Assembly (NCBI GenBank): GCA_014905635.1 | Contig: JABVCE010000009.1 | Coordinates: 496,001-560,000, forward strand | Origin: Scenedesmus sp. PABB004 | Taxonomy: Eukaryota | Direction: 5' to 3' | DNA: 64,000 bases | Shown: piece by piece, positions 27,701-38,300 of the stretch | Position numbering within the stretch: the stretch's first letter is position 1 | Layout: the number at the start of each line of letters is the position of its first letter | Position numbers and translations under genes: made by a program | Notes under the pieces: generated by a model | What the model saw: the letters and a program-made list of their open reading frames with translations, nothing else | The model's database searches: none | What the model was told of the DNA's origin: nothing

Positions 27701-29704
27701 TCAGCGGTCGTAGACTGGGCCGTAGGCGTAGCTCATGACCTTGTCGGCCTTGTGCACCGCGACCGACGCGAGGCGGAACTTGTGGCCGCCCGTCGACGTC
27801 TCGTCGAGGATGGTGAACCGCAGCAGGCACTCCGCGCCGGGGCCGACCTCCATGCGCTCCGTGTGCAGCTCGCTCGTGGGGCGGCTGTTCTTGGCGTCGA
27901 AGACCTTGGCCGCGCACGCGCACCCCGACGCGCACTCGACGCGCGCCTTGCCGACGTTGGAGTAGGACTTGAGGAAAGTCAGCGCGAGCATGACCTTGGC
28001 CGACGCCTTGCGGTCGGCGTCGCTCAGCACGTCGCTGTTCACGCGCACCGTGAGCACGCTGCCGGGCGCGTTGGTCAGGTAGCCGTAGCGGTGGCAGCCT
28101 GCGGCGCGGCGGGCGCGGCGGCGGGCGCGGCGGGCGCGGCGGGCGCGGCGGGCGCGGCGGGCGCGGCGGGCGCGTGGGTGCGGGCGCGCGGGCGCAGGCG
28201 CGGGGGCGCGAGCAGGCGCGCGCGCTGCCCGCCTGGCGCTGCTGCTGCCGCTGCCGCTGCCGCCAGCACCGCCACCGCGGCTGCCGCTGGCACCGCCGCC
28301 GCCGCTGCCCGCGCCGGCGCCGCGGCGCTCGCTCGCCGCCGCCGCGCCGCACCCGCGCAGGCGTTGGTGCCCTCGTCGACCCACTCCCAGCCCGTGTTGT
28401 CGCCGACGTACTTCTGCAGGCCCAGCCCCTCCGCGCAGAAGGTCGGCCAGTCCTCCTGCGCGGCCTCCGGGTTGAGCGGCGGCGGCAGCGCCGGCGGCGC
28501 CCGCGCCGCCGCGGCGTCGAGGCCGCGGTGGTGGTGCAGCAGCGCGCGCGTCGCCTGGTGGCGCAGCGCCCACGCGAGGAACGAGGCGTACACGCCCGCG
28601 CCGTAGTCGCCGACGTGCACGATGTCGACGAGGATCGCGGAGCGGTTGACGCCGTACGCGTTATTTGCGTCAAACATGACGTCATACAGCGCGTCCCGCA
28701 CCGACATGACCGGCATGCCGTACCGCCGCGCCACGACGGCGTGCTGGTCCTCGCCGGTCTCGTAGAAGCGCCCGGGGCGGCCCTCCTTGTCGAGCCACAT
28801 GAACGCGGCAAAGCCGAGCAGCGCGGCGCGCGGCGACCGCGTGAGCACCTTGCGCAGCAGCGTCTCGTAGCCCGCGGTCTGCGGGCTCGTGAAGCACTGG
28901 CACTCGCCGCCGTAGCCGTTGACCGAGTACTCGACCAGCACCAGGTCGGCGTCGGGCGGCAGCTCCTGCACGAGGCACAGCGCGGCAAACGTCGCCGCGG
29001 TCGCGCGGCGCGCGAGGTTGGTGAGCGTGACGTTGGCGCGCGGGAACGCGGCGCTCAGCCACGCCACGAAGGCCTCGGGGTAGGACGTGTTGCTCAGGCG
29101 GTACCCGACCGTCACGCTGCCGCCAAACGCGACGATGTGGATCGGCTGCGCCGGGTCCTCGGCTGCCAGCTTCGCGACGAGGCGCGCCCAGTTGCGGCCC
29201 TCCAGCTCGTGCTTGTTGCCCGCCCTGCGCGCGCGGCGCGGCGGGTGCAGGCCGTGGGCGCGCGTCGTGCGTGCGGGGGCGCGCCTGCTGGTCGACCCCG
29301 GGCGCCCCGCGGGCGCGTGCCGGCACCCGCTGTTGCTGGCTGCGACCGCGTGTGCTGCGCTGCGCGCGCGTCGCAGCTGCCGCAGCAGCAGCGCCCGCGT
29401 CTGGCGGCCCCTGGCCCGCAGCCGGCAGCGGCCGCCAGGACGGCCCCCCCTGGTGGGCCGCCGCCGCGCGGCGTGCGCGCCCGGCGCTGCCGCCGCCGCC
29501 GGCCGCGCTGCACCTGAGCAGGTTGTCGTTCAGCCCCAGCGGCGCCGCCCAGAGGCGCTCTATAAAGTCCTTCTGCTCCGGCGTGAGCCGCGAGGCCTGG
29601 TTGACGAACGCCTTGGCCTTGGCGGCAGCGCCGCCGCCCGGCGCTGCTGCTGCTAGCAGCAGCACCAGCAGCGCGCCTCCCGCGGTCTGCCGCGCCACGC
29701 CCAT
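27701..29704 (-). CDS. Secreted SGNH/GDSL-type hydrolase, copy A
   Basis: Signal peptide (MGVARQTAGGALLVLLLAAA), block I IVAFGGSVTVG, block III DLVLVEYSVN, DIVH, and a C-terminal beta-rich Cys-containing domain. Confidence 0.85.
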
Positions 29705-30126
29705 GGCCCTGCCTGGTGCGCGTCCCCGGGCCGCGGTGGGCTCACATGCGGCGCGACCGCGCGGGCGCGGACTTGCGCGGCGCCGCTGCTGCGCGTGGGT
29801 GCGGTGCGCTGATGCTCGTGTGGCGCTGAAGCTACTGGCGGACTCTGGGACGCGCGGCGGGCGCGGAGGCGCCGGCGCTGGCAGTTGGCGGGCTGGCGCG
29901 GCCGCGAATCGTCGGTCCTCAAGCACGCTGCGCGTCGATCGCCGACGTCGATCGGCGCGAGCACGGCGCGACAATCGCCGCCAAGCGGGGCGCGTCCGTG
30001 CGGCGGCGAACCGCGGCGACGTCGCCGACGTCGGGCGTGCCCGCGGCGCCCTGCTGCCGCCCCCCACTCTCGCCGCCGCCTCCCGCGTGTGCACCTCCCG
30101 CACACACACGCCCCTCCGCCCGCGCG

Positions 30127-30619
30127 ATGGCCGCCCGCGCCGCCGCCGCGCTGCGTGGCGCCGCCGCCGCTGCGGCGCCAGCGACCGGCCTGGGCGCTGG
30201 TCCCCTCATGGGGCTGCTGCCGGCGGCGTGGCGCGCGCTCTCGGCCATCGGCGGCCGCCCCGGCCCCACCGACGTGCTGCGGCCCACCATCCCCGCGCTG
30301 CACGGCGACGCGGAGGACGGCGGCGCGGCGAGCCGCGGCCGGGACGCCGGCACGTTCGAGCTGCGCGCGCCCGGTGCGCGCGAGCGCCCGCGCGCGCGCG
30401 CGCGCACGCGGCCGCTGCGGCACCGCTGACGCGGCCGCGCACGGCGCACGCCCGCCCCGCCGCCACCGCCCAGGGGTCGCGCCGCCGGGGTCGGTGAAGC
30501 CGCCGGAGCCGTCGCCGGCGCTGCAGCAGCCGGTGGCGATTGCCAAGGTCACCCACGACGGCGACGTGATCGCCTCGGCGCAGGCGAACGACGTGGCCGA
30601 CGTCACGCCCCGCAGCTGA
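30127..30619 (+). CDS. Small two-exon protein with a mitochondrial-presequence-like N-terminus
   Basis: MAARAAAALRG...AAWRALSA. An intron at about 30374-30473 joins ELRAP to GVAPPGSVKPPEP...VTPRS*. Confidence 0.55.
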
Positions 30620-31303
30620 CCCGGCGGGCCGCCGCTCTGAGCTGCTTGCTGGCTCTCAGTTGCGTGTTAACTGCGTGATGGGCAGGAAGCCCCTGGCGGC
30701 CGCACCACGCGCAGAGCGGTTGGCGCCCGGCGGCGGTTGCAGCAGCGCGGGCGCGGCCGCCGCCCGCTGCCGCCGTGCGACGGCGGCCGCCGCCGCCGCG
30801 CCACCCTGGACGCCCAAGCGTTGGCTAATCACTGACCGGCGGACGGACGAGCCGCAGAAGGCGGCGGGAGTGAGCGGGCAGGTGCAGGTGCGGCGAGCCC
30901 GCGCGCTGCGCCAAAGCAGCGTTCGCCGGCGCTGCGCGTCGCGATGATCGGCGCGCTGCCGGGGGCTGCTGACGCGCGAGCGCGCACGTCCTGGAGTCGC
31001 CTCCGCGCGGCGCAGCGGCGGGTGTTTTTTTGGCCGGTGACAGGTGCTGCGCGGCCCCGCGGGCGCCCCACAATCCGCTCGTCCTCCGCTCGTCGTCCGC
31101 TCGTCGGTGGCAAGCGCGTCCGTCCGTGTGCGCCATCGGGCCCGGCCGCAGCAGCACGCCCACCACGCGCCGCACAAGGGGCGCTGCTCGGCGTAGCTGG
31201 CGCTCGCCAGCATGCCGCTGGCGGTGAGCGATGTTCTGGGCGGGGCCGCTGAGGTGAGGCGGCCGGCCCGGCGCCGCGGGGCGGTGGCGCTGCGGGCGCC
31301 GCG

Positions 31304-34300
31304 ATGGCCGCCCGCCCCGGCGCCCCCCGTGCGGCGACGCCGGCCAGCACGCTGTTGACGAGCTTCGCCGCTTCGCAGGCCCTGTCCAGCGCCAGCGCGG
31401 CGGCCTGGGGCGCGCCTGCTTGGGCGCTCGCCCTGGGAACGCTGCTCGCGGTCGTCGTGGGCGCGGTGCTGGCGGAGGCCGCATGGACGCGCCTCCATTA
31501 CGACCTGCACAAAATTCCGTGGGCGCCCGACGCGGTGCCGGTGCTCGGTGAGGGCGCGGCGGCGCGCGGCGGCGCGGCGCGCTGCGGCGCGGCGCGCTGC
31601 GACGCGGCGCGCCGTGCTGCGGCAGCACGGCCGACCGCGTTCGCCGCCGCGGAGCAGCGCGCGCAGCACGGCCGACCGCGTTCGCCGCCGCGGCGTGGCG
31701 CCGAGCGAGCGGCTGCCGCGCCCGCGCGCAGGCCACCTGCTGCTGTACTGGCAGCACAAGGACTTCACGCAGTGGTTCCTCAAGTTCCACGACGCCACGC
31801 GCGCGCCCGTGCTGCGCGTGAGCGTGCCGCACAAGCGCTTCCTCATCATCGCAGACCCCGCCATCACCGCCGCCATCCTGGGTGCGCGCCGCGTCCAGCG
31901 CGGCGGCCGCGCTGCCGCGCGCGCAGCATGCAGTGCGCGCGCCTGCCCCCGCGCACGGCGCCGGCGGGACGCGGCGACGCGCCGCCGCCGCCGCGCCCGT
32001 AGCCCGCACGGGCCCCGATGCCGTGCCGCGCAAGGTGTCCGAGTATAGCGCGTTCGATAAGGCCACCGGCCTGCACGGCCACCACAGGTGCGGTCCGCGC
32101 GCGCGGCGCTGCGGGCGCCAGCTCTCCCTTTTTGCCGCGCCGCTCACGCCGCCGCACCGCCCTGCACGGCACCCGTCCCGCCCACGCCCGCCGCCCGCCT
32201 CTCCCCGCAGCATCCTGACGGAGCAGAACGAGGAGATGTGGGTCGCGGTGCGCAAGGCGCTCTCGCCCGCCTACACACCCGCCGCCAACCGCGAGAAGTG
32301 AGCGCCCCGCGCTCGCGGCCCGTGCGCCTCGTGGCGCGCTGGCCCGCCGCTGCTGCTGCTCACCCGCCGCCCGCCTGCGCCGCGCGCGCCTGCGCCATGC
32401 CCCCCACAGCTACGCGGCGGCGCTCAAGGCGTACGGCGACGTGGGCCGCCGCATCGCGGCAGCGATCCGCAAGCAGCAGGCCGCGGCCAAGGTGGCGCCG
32501 CCGGGCAACGGCGGCGCGCCGGACGCCGCGGCGCCGCGCGACCAGGACCGCCCCGGCGTGGGCGTGCGCGTGCGCGTCGTCGCGCCGCCGTGCGCGGACG
32601 TTCAGATCGACCACCACCTGCTGGGCGCGGCCATCCAGACGCAGGCGCGGCGGCGCGGGGCTGGGCCGCCGGCGCCAGGGCGCCGCTGCTGGTGCCGCCG
32701 CCGCCGCCGCCGCAGCAGCAGGGCGCGCCGCGCTGACGGCGACCGCTCGCCGCGTGCTGCGCGCGGCGCGCTGCGCGCTGCGTGCTGCAGGTGGAGGGCC
32801 TCTTTGGCATGCAGCCGGGCGTGGTGGACTACCTGCAGGTGCGTGCGCGGCAGCGCGTGCCAGCCGGGCGCGGTGGACTTGGGCGGGAGCTCACCAGGGC
32901 GGGGCCGAGACGGGCGGGACGCCGTCCCCGCGCGGGCGGCCGCTCACGCCGCGCCGCGCCGCGCGGCTGTGCCAGGCGGCGGAGGACATCGAGACGGCCA
33001 TCAGCATCGTGCACCACTACTCCGCGCAGCCTTGGCAGGCGGTGACGCACGAGCTCGTGCCCTGGGCCACGGCGACGGGCCGGCGCCTGCGCGTCGCGCG
33101 GCTGCGCCTCGCGGGCAGCTGCTATGAGCCGATCATGCGCCACGTGGAGAGCTGGTGGGCGCCGGGGCGCGGCCGCGCCGCGCGGCGGGGCGAGGCTGCG
33201 GGGGGCTCGCGGCCCCGTGCGCGCCGGCGTGCGCGCCGCGCCGCGGGCAGCACGCTGACGCGGCCCGGCCGCCGCCGCCGCGCCCGCCGCCGCGGCCGCC
33301 GCAGCGAGAGCCCCCGCGAGCTGAGCCTCACCGCGTGCCTGCGGCGCCTCGTCGACCCGCGCACGGGCAAGGCGCCCTGCCGCGAGCGCCTCCTCGCGGA
33401 GGTTGGCAACCAGGTCCGGGGACGGCAGCGCGGCAGCGCGGCACCGCGGCCCTGGCGCAAGACGCCCCGCCGCCGCGCGCCGCGCGCCGTGCCGAGCCCG
33501 CCGGCCCGCGGCCGGCCGGCCCCTCCGGCCCGCAGATCATGGCCCCCGAGACCGCCGCGCACACAATCAGCTGGATCCTCTACTGCATCGCGACGCACCC
33601 CGACGCCGAGGCCGAGCTGCTGCGCGAGCTGCGCGGCGCCGGGTGCGCGCCGCCGCTGCCGCGCCCGCACCCGCTGCGCCCACGCTCGCCGCGCCCACGC
33701 CCACCGCGCCCACGCTCGTCGCGCCCACGCTCACCGCGCCCCTCTGCCTGCGCTCGCGCACGTGTGACTGCCCGCCAGGCTGCCGTGCAACGGCGACCTG
33801 GAGGCCGCGGTGTCGGTGCTGGCGGGCAGCTTCGACCCGCTCAAGGGCCTGCCCTTCCTGGGGGGCGTCATCAACGAGGCGATGCGCCTCTACCCCGCCG
33901 GCGCGTCCGCCAGCCCGCGGTGCGCGCGCCGAGCTGCGCGCCGCGCGGCGCCGCCCGGCTCACCCCCCGCGCCGCGCGCTGCCGCCCGGCTCACCCCCCC
34001 GCGCGCACCCCGCGCACGCCGCCGCCGCCCGCGGCAGGCTCACGGAGCGGCCGACGCGCATCGGCCCTTACCTCGTGCCGGCGGGCGTGACTGTGTTCCC
34101 CAGCCTCTTTGTCATTAACAACTTCAGTGGCAGCTGGGGCGCAGACGCGCGCGAGTTCCGGCCGCAGCGTTGGGCCGACCCCGCCGCGGGCACCGACCCC
34201 GCGAGCGGCGCGCCGCGCTTCCTGCCGTTCAGCGCGGGGCCCAAGAACTGCATCGGCCTCGCGCTCGGCCAGGTCGTCGTGCGCAGCGCGGTCGCGATGC

Positions 34301-34553
34301 TACTGTCAACGTTCAGGCGCGCGCGCAGCGCGAGAGCGCACAGCGCACGCGGCGCGCCCCCACCGCCTCGCGGCGGCGGCGCTCGTCGCCGACCCCCGCG
34401 CTGACCCCCCGCGCCGACCCCCGCGGCGCGCCACGCAGTTTTAAGCCCGCCGCGCGCATGGGCGACCACGCGGAGGTGATGTCGCGCTCCATGCTCGCGC
34501 TCACGCTCAAGGTGGAGGGCGGCATGTGGCTCAGCGCCACGCCCCGCGCCTGA
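31304..34553 (+). CDS. Cytochrome P450, multi-exon
   Basis: N-terminal TM anchor, K-helix EAMR (ExxR), FRPQRW (PERF-like) and heme motif FLPFSAGPKNCIG. Confidence 0.93.
31623..31692 (+). repeat. About 30-nt direct repeat x2 in P450 intron 1
   Basis: gcagcacggccgaccgcgttcgccgccgcgg occurs at about 31623 and again at about 31663. Confidence 0.8.
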
Positions 34554-35311
34554 GCATGAACGAATGAGGCCGCGTGAGGTTCGAATGATGCCGCGGCGCG
34601 CGCGGCCACGCTCCAGCGCGGCTCGTGCGCTGCATATCGGTCTAGGCGCCCTGCTACCACACACTTGCCCCTTGATTGCCGCAACAGCTTGCTTGCCCCC
34701 CCTCTTGAGCGCGCGGCATCAGCATACGCAGCCCGCCTGCATGCCCGTGCACGCCCCCGCACACATAAAGGCCTCGCGCGCGCAGCCGCGGCCGGGGCGC
34801 AGCCTCGCCGCCGCGGCCCGCGCGCGTCGCGGTGCGTCGACCATAAAGCGGGGGCGGAGCTTAGTAGTGTATGCAGGAGGCGCAGGAGCTGCAGCGTTAT
34901 AACTTGCCGGCAGCCGCGGGCACGGCGGCTGCGGGGGGCGCGCACTGGCGACGCGCACGCACCTGGGGTCTGCGCGTGGGCGCGTCTGCTTGCCGAGCCT
35001 GGGGCGTTGATCAGTGGCCACCGAGTGGCCTTATTGACACAAACCCAACCACGTTGAAACCAGCAAACTGCCGCCGCCCCGCCGCGAGCGATTGCCGGGC
35101 AGCCCCCGCGGCGCGCGGCGCGCGCCCTCGACCTCAGCAGCAAAGGGAGAGCGCCTACGCAGCATTCACGACGGCATGCCTGCCTAACCCTCCAATGTTC
35201 ACTGCCCCCCGTCGCTTGCCTGCTCATCCCCGCACCCCGATCATTCAGGCCGGCTGCATGATGGATGGCGCCGCGTGGTCACGGCGGACGCTCCCCCGCA
35301 CCGCCACCGCG

Positions 35312-38300
35312 TCACGCCAGCGCCGGGCCGAGCAGGCGCGCCGCGGCTGCAGCGTCCACGGCGGTGCCGCCGCCGCCGCCGCGCCGCCCCGCCGCCGCGT
35401 CCGCCGCGAGCGCGGCAAGCAGCGGGTGCTGCAGGCCGCCCAGCGCCAGCCGCGCGCCGCCGGCGCCGAGCAGCGCGCCGGCCGCCGCGCGCGTCTCGGC
35501 CGCGTCGGCCGCGCACGCGAGCAGGCGCAGGAGCTTGAGCCCCCGCAGCCACTGCCCTGCGACGCGCCAGGCCATGGCCACGCGCGGCACGTCGTCGTAC
35601 CCCCGCCGTGCGTTGTGCGCGGCGCGCTGCTCGGGCGACATGGCGGCCAGGGAGGCCTGCTTCTCGGCGGCGCGCCTGCGCGCGAGCGTAGCGCGGCGGC
35701 CGGCGGCGGTCAAACGACGGCGCAGCACACCGCGCGGCTACCGCACGGGGCTGCGCGCACCTGTAGACCGCCTGCGCGCAGGCGGACGCCTCGATAAACA
35801 CCCGAGGCAGCGTCAGCACGCTCACGCTGTCGCTGCCGCCGCCGGCGCCCGCGCGCAGCGGCGCGCCGCCGGGCGGCAGCAGCCCCGCCGCGGTCGTGGC
35901 CGTGGCCGCGCGCTCGCGGCCGCCGGGCCCGCCACCGCCTCCGCCACCGCCACCGCCACCGCCGCCGGCGGCCGCCACCGCCGCGGCTGCCGCCTCGGGC
36001 AGGCCGCCAAAGAGCTCCGTGTCAAACCTTGCCCGAAGCGACAGCTGCAGCTCCGCGCGATCCTCCGCGTGCATGCTGGCCGCGGCGCGGCTCGTGCTCG
36101 CGGGCGCCTGCGGCGGGCCGGGCGCGGCGGCCCGCGCGAGGGTCGGCCGCCCGCCCGTCCGCCGCCGCGCCGCCAGGCGGCGCCGGCGCCGCGTGCGCGC
36201 CCGGCCCGCCGCGGCGCGCGGCCTCCCCGCCCCGCCGCGCGAGCACCGCACCTCGCTGATGAGCGCCGCCCACGACGCGCCCCACTCGCGCGCGAGGCGG
36301 TCCCACTTGGCGATCAGGGGCTCCACCACCTCCGCCGGCACGCCGCCGGGGCCGTGCTGCACGACCAGGTCGGGGTCCAGCATCAGCAGCCCCGGGTCCA
36401 GGTAGTCCGGCGACGGCAGCTCCACCAGCTGCGACCAGAGCGCCCTGCGGCGGCGGCGGCGAGGCGCGCGCGAGCCTCGCGCGCTGCGCAAGGTGCGCGC
36501 GTGCGCGCGCACGCAGGAGCACGCACCTGACGAGCTTGCTGGGCGGCAGCGGCGCGCTCCCGCGCCCGCGGCCGCCGCGCCGGGCGCGGCCGCCGCCGGC
36601 GCGGCTCGCGGCAGCCGCCTCCTTGACCGCCCTGCTGTGCCACGGCGGCAGGGCTTCGGCCTGGGCGCGGTACATGGCGGGGATGCTGACCGCAGCCCCG
36701 GTCTTGGGCGCGTCCAGGGCCCGGTAGTACCTGGGGTTTGAGTGAAAGGCCGGCGGCGGCGGGCGCAGTCGGCAGGTGGGTCAGGGCGGCGCCGAGGAGC
36801 GGCGCTGCGCCGGGGAGCGCGCTGCGCCGCCCCGAGTGGTGCATCTGCCGCCATGCGCGCCGTGCTGGCGCGGCGCGGCGTCCCCCGCGCGCGGCCACGC
36901 ACTTGTCTGCGAGCTCGCCGCACGCGGGGTGGTCGAGCCCGTGGCGGTCGGCGTGCAGCTCCCACAGCACGTGGGCCTCGCTCATGCGCCCCGCGACACC
37001 GCAGCAAAACCCGTAGTAGCTGCGAGGGCCGCGGGCGGGAGGCGGAGCGAGCGGGGGTCGGGGTGCGGCGGGGCCGGCGCGCCCCGCTCGCTGCGCCGCA
37101 GCCCCAGGCTCGCGGCCCCCTCCCGCACCGCGCCGCGCGGCGCACGCACCGCGTGAGCATCGCCTCCACCTGCTCCCAGCCCGCGTCGGCGCGCGCCGCC
37201 CACACCGGCCGGCCGCCGGCGCGCGCGCGCGGTGCCAGCGGCGCATACGGCGGCGGGTCAGCCGGCCGGAAGTGCGACAGAATTTGGTTCCCCCAGAGCA
37301 GCAGGTACTGGTCGCCGTCTGGGCGGGCAGAGCGAGGGAGAGGGCAGGGCGGGAGTGAGCGGGGAGTGAGCGGGGCGGTCAGCCAGGGCGGCGGCGGCGT
37401 GCGGCCGCACCGTAGTCGCCGCCCGCGAGGGAGGCGGCGAGGCAGGCGCCGCCGACGGCCGGCAGGAACGCCGCACCGCCGGCGCCGCGCGGGAGCAGCG
37501 CCGCGAGCTGCGGGGGCAGGGGGACCACGCGCACGCGGCGCACGTCGCCGGCGTGGATGCCGGGGTCGCGGTATATGACCGCGGCGCCCCCGGCGGCACC
37601 AGCTCCGGCGCGACCGCGACCGCGCCCTCGGGCACGCGGCCGCTCGGGTCGGGCAGGCCCAGCAGCCGCACGCCGCCGGCCGCGCACGCGCCGCCGTGGC
37701 CGCTGCCCGCGCCGCCCGCGCCCGCTGCGACGGCGCCGGCGTCCGCTGGGGCCACGGCGTCCCCAGGCGACGGCAGCGGGATCGACAGGTTGGCCAGCCG
37801 CTGGTGCCTGCGCAGCTTGAGCTCGTGCAGCTCCGCCTGCGCGGCGCCCGCGGCGCGCGGCGTGAGGGCGTGCGGGCCGCGGCCGCGGCACCGCCAGCCG
37901 CTGCCCGGCGGCCTGCGCACGCCGGCCCACACACCTTGAGCGCAAGGTCGGGCTTGAACTCGAGCGCGCCTGCCGCCACGCCCGCGCCGGGGCCGCGCGC
38001 CGCCGCGGCGCCTCCAGCCGGCCCCTCCGCCGACCGGGCGGGCACCAGCCCGATGCGGGCCTCCAGCTTGCAGGCCACGTCCTGGGCGCCCGCCGCGCGG
38101 GCCGCCGCGAGCGCGGCGGCCCAACTGGTGTCGAGCGACGAGAGCTTACGCTGTTCGATGCGCAGCCACCTGCGAGGCGCGTGGTGTCGCGTGGCGCTCG
38201 CGCGGCGCTCGCGCGGCGGCGGCCGGCGCGGGCGCGGGGCGGCGGCCCGCGCGCGCGCGCCGCGCTCACTCCTCGAACAGGCTCTGCGGCACGCCCGCGT

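Noticed and set aside
23051..34553. Biosynthetic gene cluster (transporter, esterase, SGNH hydrolase, P450)
   Set aside because: There is no scaffold-forming enzyme (PKS, NRPS or terpene synthase), and predicted localisations differ. Adjacency alone is not enough without co-expression data.
34554..35311. ncRNA or gene in the AT-richer gap between the P450 and the RDR
   Set aside because: No box motifs, tRNA fold or credible ORF. It fits convergent 3' UTRs.
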